From NCBI RefSeq assembly GCF_001457615.1, contig NZ_LN831024.1, positions 840,001 through 872,000 of the forward strand: a stretch of DNA of 32,000 nucleotides. The letters are read 5' to 3'. Each line of letters opens with the position of its first letter. The stretch's first letter is position 1. The notes under the pieces are model-generated. The model saw only the letters and a list, made by a program, of their open reading frames with translations, made no database searches and had not been told where the DNA came from. The position numbers and the translations under genes were made by a program. Shown piece after piece: positions 18,086-27,443 of this stretch. The stretch is from Pseudomonas aeruginosa. GTDB lineage: Bacteria; Pseudomonadota; Gammaproteobacteria; Pseudomonadales; Pseudomonadaceae.

Positions 18086-19879
18086 TCATGGCATCAGCCG
18101 GTCGAGCAGCGGCGAGCTGAACAGCCGATGCGGATCGGCTTCGTTCAACTGGCGCACCGCGCTGTCCCAATCGTTGTCTGCGACCAGGCCCTGGCGTAGC
18201 GACTGCGCCACCAACTGGTCGACCACCGTCGGCTCGTCCCAGGCGGCGGCGGGGCTGTAGCCCCAGCCCTTGCTCCACTCCACCCGCAGCGAGGCGTAGT
18301 CGCCGCTGAAGTGGTCGAACAGCCAGGCCTCGAACTCGTGGTAGAAGGCATTGGCCTGCGGGGTACCGGGCAGGCTGAGGATGTCCAGCCAGATCGCCGT
18401 GTCCCACTCCGGTTGGTCGGGGCGCGGACGGATCGCCGACAGGCTGGGCACCTGGGCGCCGGGAACGATCGACTCGCCGGGCTGGTCGAGCCCGCTGACG
18501 CGAATCTCCACCGGGCCGTTCATGGGGTAGTGGCCGTTGGCGCGGTAGGCGGCGACCATCGTCTGGTACTGCAGGTAGAACTCGTTGATCACCCGCTGCA
18601 CGTCGCGACGCCGGGTCAGCACCGCGTAGCCGTTGGCGGTGACGCGAAGGGTGCTGGGCTTGATGTACAGCAGCAGGTCCTTGCTCCAGCCCCACAGGTC
18701 GTAGCCCAGGGTCAGCGCCATGCCGCCCACTACCAGGTCGTACTGCAGCTTGCCGAGCAGCGGGGTGAGTTCCGGGTGGCCGGTGTTGATCGCCGCCAGC
18801 AGGTCGGACAGCGCCTTGGGAATGTTGTCGGAGAAGGGGTAGTTGAACGGGCCGTTGACCGCACGGGCGCCGAACGGGCAGCGCGGGGTCGGCGTCCAGA
18901 CCTTCAGCCAGGGCTTGTCGGTGAAGGGGAACCAGATGGCCTCGGCGCGTCCGCTTTTCTGCAGGAAGCTGTCGAAGGTCCTTCCGCCGCTGCCGGCCGC
19001 GGCGAACATCTCGCTCGCCGGGATGTTCACGTAGCTCTGGCAGCGCATGCGCTTGTTGACCCCGGCCTGGAGGGTCGCCTCGACGATGAAGGCGCGTCCG
19101 AGGTGGACGAGGAACGGCGCGCAGGCCGGATCGTCGCGGCGGAAGGTCTTCAGCACGTATTGTCCGGCGGCGCCGTCCCAGACCACCGCGGTCAGCGCCA
19201 CGATGCTGTTGCTCAGGGAGCCGTAGCTCTGCCCCGGCAGGCGGCTTTCGCCCTGCGCCGGGATGCCGGTGCCGTGGCCGTCGATGGCGAGCACCCCGCC
19301 GAGGGTCAGGTCGCCCGGCGCCGGCGTGGCGACGAAGCCGAGCTTGACCCGCTCCAGTTGTTTCAGCAGGGCTTCCATGGTGACGCCGGTCTGCGCGCTG
19401 AACAGGCCGAACTCGCCCTGGGTGTCGATCCGTACGCGGGTCAGGTAACGGCTGGTTTCCACCAGCATGATGCGGCTCTCGCAGTTCTCGCCGCCTTTCA
19501 GCAGCAGCGGGGACCAGTTGTGACCCATGCCGCGCGGGCGCACCTTGAAGCCGTTCTGCCAGGCCCAGTTGACCACCGCGAGAACCTCTTCGTTGGTGCG
19601 CGGGGCGCAGCTCCAGAGGTCGTCGGCGGCGATTTCCCCCGACCAGTTGCGGAACGCCCGCCGATAAAGTTCGAGGCCGGCCGGAAAGCCTGCCGGCGCC
19701 GGACAACTGCTGGCGGCGGCTTCGGCGGGCTGGATGACGAAAGCCGGGGTCCAGCCGGCCACCAGGCCGACCGCGCCGAGCGTGGCACTCTTGCCGAGGA
19801 AGCTGCGGCGCGACAGGCCGCCGGATTCCTGGTCGGGATCGCCGACGAAGGCGTCGGCGTGCTGGATGAGGTCGTGCAT
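18086..19879 (-). CDS. Tat-exported FAD-binding (VAO/cholesterol oxidase-like) oxidase
   Basis: 597 aa from MHDLIQHADAFVGD. Twin-arginine signal SRRSFLGKSATLGAVGLVAGW, FAD-binding type 4 features (VRPRGMGHNWSP, GDLTLGGVLAIDGHGTGIP). Confidence 0.85.
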   Translation of the reverse strand: MHDLIQHADAFVGDPDQESGGLSRRSFLGKSATLGAVGLVAGWTPAFVIQPAEAAASSCPAPAGFPAGLELYRRAFRNWSGEIAADDLWSCAPRTNEEVLAVVNWAWQNGFKVRPRGMGHNWSPLLLKGGENCESRIMLVETSRYLTRVRIDTQGEFGLFSAQTGVTMEALLKQLERVKLGFVATPAPGDLTLGGVLAIDGHGTGIPAQGESRLPGQSYGSLSNSIVALTAVVWDGAAGQYVLKTFRRDDPACAPFLVHLGRAFIVEATLQAGVNKRMRCQSYVNIPASEMFAAAGSGGRTFDSFLQKSGRAEAIWFPFTDKPWLKVWTPTPRCPFGARAVNGPFNYPFSDNIPKALSDLLAAINTGHPELTPLLGKLQYDLVVGGMALTLGYDLWGWSKDLLLYIKPSTLRVTANGYAVLTRRRDVQRVINEFYLQYQTMVAAYRANGHYPMNGPVEIRVSGLDQPGESIVPGAQVPSLSAIRPRPDQPEWDTAIWLDILSLPGTPQANAFYHEFEAWLFDHFSGDYASLRVEWSKGWGYSPAAAWDEPTVVDQLVAQSLRQGLVADNDWDSAVRQLNEADPHRLFSSPLLDRLMP

Positions 19880-19972
19880 GGCGGTTCTCCTGATCGGGGC
19901 GCTGGTCGCCCCTTCCCGGTTGCCGGGTCCTAGGTCGCCGCCGGGGGCGTCCGGGTCTCCGGCGACGGTGGA

Positions 19973-19998
19973 GGCCCGCTCCGCGACGGGAGCGGGCC
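19973..19998 (-). other. Strong stem-loop between second precursor and the oxidase gene
   Basis: GGCCCGCTCC-GCGACG-GGAGCGGGCC, perfect 10-bp stem in the 131-nt gap. No U-tract. Confidence 0.6.
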
Positions 19999-20010
19999 GA
20001 GGTCCTGGGA

Positions 20011-20310
20011 TCAGGTCCACTCGGTGTCGTAGTGGTAATCGATGCGGCTGGTGTCGCCGCCGAGCAGGCCGCCGACCGCGGCGACGCCCTTGAACACGCC
20101 GTAGCCGAGGGTGTCGGCCAGTTGATGGATGGGGGTCAGGCCGACGGCGTTGAACACCTTGCCGACCGAAGAGATGACCGACGTGTTGAGCAGGTCGTTG
20201 GACACCTTGACCACATCGACGATGGCATCGCCGACGAAGCTGAAGAGTCCGGCGCCCGATACCTGGTCGATTTCATCGAAGCTCAGTTCCTGAAGTGTGG
20301 CGAGTTGCAT
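20011..20310 (-). CDS. Second microcin-like precursor with double-glycine-type (GA) leader
   Basis: 99 aa MQLATLQELSFDEIDQVSGA|GLFSFVGDAIVDVVKVSNDLLNTSVISSVGKVFNAVGLTPIHQLADTLGYGVFKGVAAVGGLLGGDTSRIDYHYDTEWT. The leader fits ELxxxEIxxVSG[GA]. Confidence 0.75.
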   Translation of the reverse strand: MQLATLQELSFDEIDQVSGAGLFSFVGDAIVDVVKVSNDLLNTSVISSVGKVFNAVGLTPIHQLADTLGYGVFKGVAAVGGLLGGDTSRIDYHYDTEWT

Positions 20311-20871
20311 GGCGCTATTCCTTCATCAATCAAGTTTTGAGCGATAGCCGGCCCTCTCGCATAAACATCGGTTTGCGAAGATAGAGTGACTATCGGTTGC
20401 CAGCCGCTCTGGAAAAGTACTTTGCCGGCTGGTCGCTGAAAATTACTGATCTGCCGGCGAGAGTGTCAATCTGGGAAGTTGATAGGGTGAACCTGGAATA
20501 TCCATGCTAGGCAAATGACGCCGATATTCTGTCAGTGGAATTGGTCGATGTTTTTTCGAATGCCGCGATAAGCATCTTGATATTGCTGATCCATTGATAT
20601 TCGTGGGTACTGGGAAGCGGTTCGCTATTTTTACGAGATGATGCGCCAATCCAGAAAAGTATCGAATTATTGCTTTCGGAAAAAATTCAACTGCCTTGCT
20701 GATAGGTTTCTTCCGGTCGAGTTATTGAAGTCCATGTCCGGTCTTGCGTTGTTTTTCAAAGTAGAGAAACCGGCGTCATAAATTTGTGCGGATAACTGGC
20801 GGGCAAACTTTCCCAGGCTGCGCTTCTGTTGCGGGGAAGTGCTTCGGTTCGTGTCGAGGCGCTTTCCAGTC

Positions 20872-20899
20872 TTGACAGCCCGGCACAGGCGCGTAGAGT
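20872..20899 (+). promoter_or_regulatory. Putative sigma-70 promoter of the tyrS leader
   Basis: TTGACA-N16-TAGAGT. Predicted start falls at or within a few nt of the leader ATG at 20907. Confidence 0.5.
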
Positions 20900-20906
20900 G
20901 CCGCGC

Positions 20907-20963
20907 ATGAATCGTGCAGCCCTGACCTTCAAGCGCTACTACGCCTATCTGCTCCCTCATTGA
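20907..20963 (+). CDS. tyrS leader peptide (attenuator), 18 aa with Tyr-Tyr-Ala-Tyr
   Basis: ATG AAT CGT GCA GCC CTG ACC TTC AAG CGC TAC TAC GCC TAT CTG CTC CCT CAT TGA = MNRAALTFKRYYAYLLPH, upstream of tyrosyl-tRNA synthetase. Confidence 0.7.
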   Translation: MNRAALTFKRYYAYLLPH

Positions 20964-21013
20964 GGCGGTAGATGCGTCGCTGCATTCCCGAACCGCCCGA
21001 GGCGGCGGTCCGG
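20964..21013 (+). promoter_or_regulatory. Mutually exclusive RNA stems of a tyrS transcription/translation attenuator
   Basis: GGCGGT (20964-20969) can pair with ACCGCC (20992-20997). ACCGCC can instead pair with GGCGGT (21004-21009), extended by CCG/CGG to a 20988-21013 hairpin. Confidence 0.55.
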
Positions 21014-21068
21014 TGAACTCCCTCCCAACCTGTCTCCTCGGGCATCCACCGTCCCAAAGGAGATACCC

Positions 21069-22307
21069 GTGTCCGTCCCGACCCATCAGCAAGACCTGAT
21101 CGCCCTGCTCGAAGAGCGTGGCTTCGTCCACCAGTGCACCGACCGCGACGGCCTCGCCGCGCACCTGGCCGCCGGTCCGGCAACCGCCTACCTGGGCTTC
21201 GACGCCACCGCCGACAGCCTGCACGTCGGCCACCTGCAGGGCCTGATGCTGATGCGCTGGCTACAGAAGGCCGGGCACCGCCCGTTGCTGCTGATCGGTG
21301 GCGCGACCACCCGGATCGGCGATCCGAGCTTCCGCGATTCGAGCCGGCCGATCCTCACCGAGGCGCAGATCCAGGCCAATATCGACGGCATCGCCCGGGT
21401 TTTCTCGCGCTACGTCGAACTGCACGACGACAGCCTGGTGAACAACGCCGAATGGCTGGACGGCGTCGGCTACCTGGAGTTCCTCGACCGGGTCGGCCGG
21501 CACTTCTCGATCAACCGCCTGCTGACCTTCGACGCCATCAGGCAGCGCCTGGACCGCGAGCATTCGCTGTCGTTCCTCGAGTTCGGCTACACCCTGCTGC
21601 AGGCCTACGATTTCGTCGAACTGTCGCGCCGGCGCGGCTGCACCCTGCAACTCGGCGGCGCCGACCAGTGGGCGAACATCATCAACGGCGTGGAGCTGTC
21701 GCGACGCCAGGGCGGCGCCCAGCTGTTCGGCCTGACCATGCCGCTGCTGGCCACCAGTGACGGGCGCAAGATGGGCAAGTCGGCGCAGGGTGCGGTATGG
21801 CTCAACGCCGAGCGCCTGGCGCCGTTCGACTTCTGGCAGTTCTGGCGCAACTGCGATGATCGCGACGTCGGTCGCTTCCTCGCCCTGTTCAGCGAACTGC
21901 CGATGGATGAGGTGCGCCGCCTGGGCGCCTTGCAGGGCGCCGAGCTGAACGAAGCGAAGGTGGTCCTGGCCAATGCCGCCACCGCCCTGGCGCACGGCGA
22001 GCACGCCGCGCGATCCGCCGCCGATGCCGCGCGCGGGGTGTTCGCCGACGGTACGCGGGACAGCGGCCTGCCGGTGATGAAGCTATCCCGCGCGCGCCTG
22101 GCGCAGGGACTGTCGCTGACCGACCTGCTGCTGGAACACGCGATCCAGCCTTCCCGCAGCGCGGTCCGCCGCCTCGCCGCCGGCGGCGGCCTGCGCCTGG
22201 ACGGCACGCCGGTCAGCGATCCGGACGCGCCGCTGGCGGGCGAGGTCGACGGGCTGCGCTTGAGCCTGGGCAAGAAGCAGCATTTGCACCTGCGACTCGA
22301 GGATTGA
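21069..22307 (+). CDS. tyrS: Tyrosyl-tRNA synthetase
   Basis: 412 aa, GTG start after [38 protein letters not shown], signature GRKMGKS, C-terminal S4-like domain. Confidence 0.95.
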
Positions 22308-22314
22308 GGTGCCT

Positions 22315-22332
22315 GCGGCCCCAAGGGGCCGC
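22315..22332. terminator. Bidirectional terminator-like hairpin between convergent tyrS and porin genes
   Basis: GCGGCCCC-AA-GGGGCCGC perfect inverted repeat in the 28-nt gap between convergent stops. Confidence 0.6.
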
Positions 22333-22335
22333 GCT

Positions 22336-23592
22336 TCACCAGAGCTTTAGCGTGTAATTGACGATGAAGCGGTTCTCGTCCAGGTCCGCACCGTAGCGGC
22401 TGCGGTAGGTGATGTTGCGCCATTTCAAGGCGACGCTCTTCAGCGGTCCGCTCTGGATCACGTAGGACAGGTCGGTGTTGCGCTCCCATTCGCTGTCGTC
22501 GGCACGGCCGGCGCCGCGGTCGATGTCGCGGCCCTGTACATAGCGGGTCATGAGGTTCAGGCCGGGCAGGCCGAGGCCGGCGAAGTCGTAGTCGTAGCGC
22601 AGTTGCCAGGATTTCTCCTGCGGTCGGGTGAAGGTCTGGTAGGCCATGAGGTTGGCCACGTAGGGCGTGGTGTAGCCGTTGAGCACCGGAAAGGCGTCGT
22701 TGCCGATCATCTTCTGGACACCGATGCCGAAGGCATGGGCGCCGGCGCGCAGGGTGAGCATGGCGTTGAGGTTGCGATTGTCCACCGGCCCGGAGATCGC
22801 CGCGCCGTCTTCGCCGCTGTCGAAGTAGCGCAGGTCGCTGCGCAGCGACAGCCCTTCGCCCAGCGGCAGGGTGTGCAGCAGGCCGAGATAGTGCTGCCGG
22901 TAGATGTCCTTGAGCTGGCCGTAGTAATAGCTGGCGCTGAGCCGAGGGGTGAAGGCGTAGGTCGCGCCGGCGAGATTGAACTCGTCGCTGGCGTGGGCCT
23001 TGTCGCGGCCCATGATGTACATGTCGTCGCTGCCGGCCGACTCGCGAGTGCGCGACTTCCACAATTGCCCCGCGGTGAGGGTGAGACCCTCGATCTCGCT
23101 GGAGGTCAGCAGCGCGCCGTCGAAGGTCTGCGGCAACAGGCGCACGTCGTCGCGGAACGCCACCGGCAGTTGCGGCATGAGGATGCCGACCTGTAGCTGG
23201 GTCTGCGAATAGCGCAGCTTGGCGGTCAGGCCGAGGTGACTGTAGTCGTCCACCGGCTCCTTCGAATTCGCTCCGAACGGCAGCGTGCCATCGTTGCTAC
23301 GCCCGCGTCCCGAGTCGAGCTTGACGCCGAGCAGCCCGGTAGCATCCAGGCCGAAGCCGAGCGGGCCGCCGGTGAAACCGGATTGCAGGCGCAGGACGAA
23401 GCCCTGCGACCAGTTGCCGGCCTGCGATTGGGGCGCATCGTGCTGGCGGTAGTCGCGCAACTGGTAGAAGTTGCGGAGGTCGAGGTGGGCGCTGCTGTCC
23501 GCGAGGAATTCCGCTTGCGCGGCGAGGGGCAGGAGGCCGAGGCCAAGCGCATAGCTGCGCCAGGCGCACGGGCGGGGGCATGCCGTGATCAT
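22336..23592 (-). CDS. opdL: OprD-family outer membrane porin
   Basis: 418 aa with signal peptide. OprD-type sequence (LDLRNFYQLRDYR, GFTGGPLGFGLDATGLLGVKLD) and terminal FIVNYTLKLW. Symbol assigned from recalled genome context. Confidence 0.85.
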   Translation of the reverse strand: MITACPRPCAWRSYALGLGLLPLAAQAEFLADSSAHLDLRNFYQLRDYRQHDAPQSQAGNWSQGFVLRLQSGFTGGPLGFGLDATGLLGVKLDSGRGRSNDGTLPFGANSKEPVDDYSHLGLTAKLRYSQTQLQVGILMPQLPVAFRDDVRLLPQTFDGALLTSSEIEGLTLTAGQLWKSRTRESAGSDDMYIMGRDKAHASDEFNLAGATYAFTPRLSASYYYGQLKDIYRQHYLGLLHTLPLGEGLSLRSDLRYFDSGEDGAAISGPVDNRNLNAMLTLRAGAHAFGIGVQKMIGNDAFPVLNGYTTPYVANLMAYQTFTRPQEKSWQLRYDYDFAGLGLPGLNLMTRYVQGRDIDRGAGRADDSEWERNTDLSYVIQSGPLKSVALKWRNITYRSRYGADLDENRFIVNYTLKLW

Positions 23593-23603
23593 CGATTCTT
23601 CCC

Positions 23604-23620
23604 TTGGTTGTTGTTCTTGT
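23604..23620 (-). promoter_or_regulatory. Crc/Hfq-like A-rich motif in the porin leader
   Basis: Minus strand ACAAGAACAACAACCAAGGGAAGAATCGATG carries overlapping AAnAAnAA matches near the RBS. Confidence 0.55.
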
Positions 23621-23957
23621 AGGTATGGGTGACGCCGATTGCACGGTGAGTTTTAGCATATTGTTAACTTGTTAATGAAGTATTGGCGATCCTCCCGGAA
23701 GCTTCGCTAGCTTCTGTCCCTTTCCATGCTTGCCGATCATGGAGGGTACGGCGCTGGAGAGCGAAACCGACCTGGAATCTTTCGCCTTCTGCGCATTTGG
23801 TTAATCTGTTAACGTTGTCGGCCCGCGAAAGGAGCCAGGCCCCGCGCGCTGCCAGGGTGAACGAGGTCGCGTCGTGGGGATTTCCCGGACGGCGAACTTG
23901 CATCCGCGTGCACGGCGGTGTCGTCTGGACCGAAAGGCGAAGAAGAGGAGTGCGAGC

Positions 23958-25166
23958 GTGCCTGCGAGTGCATCGAGGATTCAGGTCGGAAGCGGCGAAC
24001 GACGCCTGTTGCTGCTGTTGTCGGCGCTGGTGGCATTCGGCCCGCTGTCGATCGACATGTACCTGCCGAGCCTGCCGGCGATCGCCGCCGATCTCGGCGC
24101 CAGCGATGCCCAGGTGCAGCGGAGCATCAGCGGCTTCCTGGTCGGCTTCTGCGTCGGCATGCTGTTCTACGGCCCCTTGTCCGACCGTTTCGGCCGGCGC
24201 CCGGTGCTGCTGGCCGGTATCGCCTTGTACCTGTTCAGCAGCCTGGCCTGCGCGCTGGCCGACAGCGCGGGGCAACTGGTCCTGCTGAGGGTGCTCCAGG
24301 CCCTCGGCGGCGGCGCCGCGTCGGTGCTGGCGCGGGCCATGGTGCGCGACCTCTATCCGTTGGGCGAGGCCGCCCGGATGCTGGCATTGATGCACATGGT
24401 GACCATGCTGGCACCGCTGGCCGCGCCGCTGCTCGGCGGCTACCTGATGCTCTGGGCCGGCTGGCGCGCGTTGTTCGTGGTCCTGGCGCTGTTCGCCGGG
24501 CTCTGCCTGCTGGCGGTCTGGCGGGTCGCCGAAAGCCACCCGCCGGAGCGCCGCGGCGGCAGCCTGGCCCAGGCCTTTCTCGCCTATGGGCGGCTGCTCG
24601 GCGACCGTCGCGCGCTGGGCTACGTGCTGTGCATGGGGCTGGCGTTCGCCGGGATGTTCGCCTACATCAGCGCCGCGCCCTTCGTGTTCATCGAGCATTT
24701 CGGCGTGCGCGCGGAGCGCTTCGGCTGGTTCTTCGGCCTGAACATCCTCGGTGTGATGCTCGCCACCTGGTGCAGCGCGCGCCTGGTGCGCCGCCACGGT
24801 CCGCGGCCGCTGCTGCGGGCCGGCAGCCTGCTGGCCTGCGTGTCCGGGCTGTTCCTCCTCGGCTATGCGGCGCTCGGCGAGCGGGGCGGGTTGTGGGCGC
24901 TGGTGCCCGGGCTGCTGTGCTTCGTCAGCGTCACCGGCCTGCTCGGCGCCAACTGCATCGCCAGCCTGCTGGCGTTGTATCCCGGACAGGCCGGGGCGGC
25001 TTCGGCGGTGGCGGTGTCCGGGCAGTTCGGCCTCGGCTGCCTGGCCAGCCTGGCGGTCGGCTGGCTGGCGTTGCCCGGCGTGCTGCCGATGGCGCTGGTG
25101 ATGGCCGTCTGCGGCGTCGGCAGCCTGCTCGCGCTGGGCTTGGCCCTGCACGGCGGAAACCGTTGA
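23958..25166 (+). CDS. MFS transporter, Bcr/CflA-type drug resistance family
   Basis: Multiple TM segments; LLSALVAFGPLSIDMYLPSLPAIAADLGASDAQVQRSISGFLVGFCVGMLFYGPLSDRFGRRPVLL. GTG start preceded by AAGAGGAG. Confidence 0.9.
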   Translation: MPASASRIQVGSGERRLLLLLSALVAFGPLSIDMYLPSLPAIAADLGASDAQVQRSISGFLVGFCVGMLFYGPLSDRFGRRPVLLAGIALYLFSSLACALADSAGQLVLLRVLQALGGGAASVLARAMVRDLYPLGEAARMLALMHMVTMLAPLAAPLLGGYLMLWAGWRALFVVLALFAGLCLLAVWRVAESHPPERRGGSLAQAFLAYGRLLGDRRALGYVLCMGLAFAGMFAYISAAPFVFIEHFGVRAERFGWFFGLNILGVMLATWCSARLVRRHGPRPLLRAGSLLACVSGLFLLGYAALGERGGLWALVPGLLCFVSVTGLLGANCIASLLALYPGQAGAASAVAVSGQFGLGCLASLAVGWLALPGVLPMALVMAVCGVGSLLALGLALHGGNR

Positions 25167-25251
25167 TTTCCTTCTGCATACCCGCATGCAGCCTGTGTTT
25201 TTTCCGCTACTCTTCTGCACTTTCGAAACCAGTCATCCAAGCTCGGACCCT

Positions 25252-25674
25252 ATGTCAACGCCAAGACCCTCCCTGACCCTGACCCTGTTGCAGGCTCGCG
25301 AAGCCGCGATGAGTTTCTTCCGCCCCTCCCTCAACCAGCACGGTCTCACCGAGCAGCAGTGGCGGGTGATCCGCATCCTGCGCCAGCAGGGCGAGATGGA
25401 GAGCTACCAGTTGGCCAACCAGGCCTGCATCCTGCGCCCGAGCATGACCGGCGTGCTGGCGCGCCTGGAGCGCGACGGCATCGTCCGGCGCTGGAAGGCG
25501 CCCAAGGACCAGCGGCGGGTCTACGTGAACCTGACGGAAAAGGGCCAGCAGTGCTTCGTCTCCATGAGCGGCGACATGGAGAAGAACTACCAGCGCATCC
25601 AGGAGCGGTTCGGCGAGGAAAAGCTCGCGCAGTTGCTGGAACTGCTCAACGAGCTGAAGAAGATAAAGCCCTGA
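25252..25674 (+). CDS. MarR-family transcriptional regulator (HpaR-like)
   Basis: 140 aa. MSTPRPSLTLTLLQAREAAMSFFRPSLNQHGLTEQQWRVIRIL...DGIVRRWKAPKDQRRVYVNLTEKG. Confidence 0.88.
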   Translation: MSTPRPSLTLTLLQAREAAMSFFRPSLNQHGLTEQQWRVIRILRQQGEMESYQLANQACILRPSMTGVLARLERDGIVRRWKAPKDQRRVYVNLTEKGQQCFVSMSGDMEKNYQRIQERFGEEKLAQLLELLNELKKIKP

Positions 25675-25689
25675 AGCGACTGGCCGGCG

Positions 25690-25932
25690 TCATGCCGGCC
25701 AATTCTTGTCCCAGTGCCGGCAGTCGCCCTGGCAGCGACCGGGACAGCCGCAGCCGGTGCGGCTCCTGCCGGTTTCCCGCTCGACCCGGCGGGCCACCTC
25801 CTCGTCGTCGGCGAACGGCAGCATGCTCGCCTGGTCCAGGGTCTTGGCGTGGCGCAGGCTCCAATGCACGCCGAAGAACAGCACGGCGACCGCCAGCAGC
25901 TCCAGCAGGATCTCGCTCCAGCTGAATTCCAT
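25690..25932 (-). CDS. Small single-pass membrane protein with C-terminal Cys cluster
   Basis: 80 aa MEFSWSEILLELLAVAVLFFGVHWSL...RTGCGCPGRCQGDCRHWDKNWPA, downstream of ccoN4. Confidence 0.75.
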   Translation of the reverse strand: MEFSWSEILLELLAVAVLFFGVHWSLRHAKTLDQASMLPFADDEEVARRVERETGRSRTGCGCPGRCQGDCRHWDKNWPA

Positions 25933-26015
25933 GATGATTCTCCTCGTCGGCTGTCGAGCCTTGCCCGCAGCGTGGCGGGCGAGGCTCGGGAAGGGAAGGG
26001 ACGCGCTGTCGCGGC

Positions 26016-27443
<1,428 letters not shown>

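Noticed and set aside
18311-19933. Plus-strand 540-aa ORF opposite the flavin oxidase
   Set aside because: Antisense shadow ORF with no domain-like sequence. The minus-strand gene has a Tat signal and FAD motifs.
20404-20416. CCAG...CTGG inverted repeat upstream of the second precursor as a lux-type box
   Set aside because: Spacing between half-sites is 5 nt instead of the expected 2, so it does not fit a las/rhl box.
20443-20649. 68-aa minus-strand ORF upstream of the second precursor
   Set aside because: No membrane segment, no family resemblance and a weak start context.
23664-25220. 518-aa minus-strand ORF opposite the MFS transporter
   Set aside because: Gln/Arg/Ala-rich shadow ORF; the plus-strand MFS protein is clearly real.
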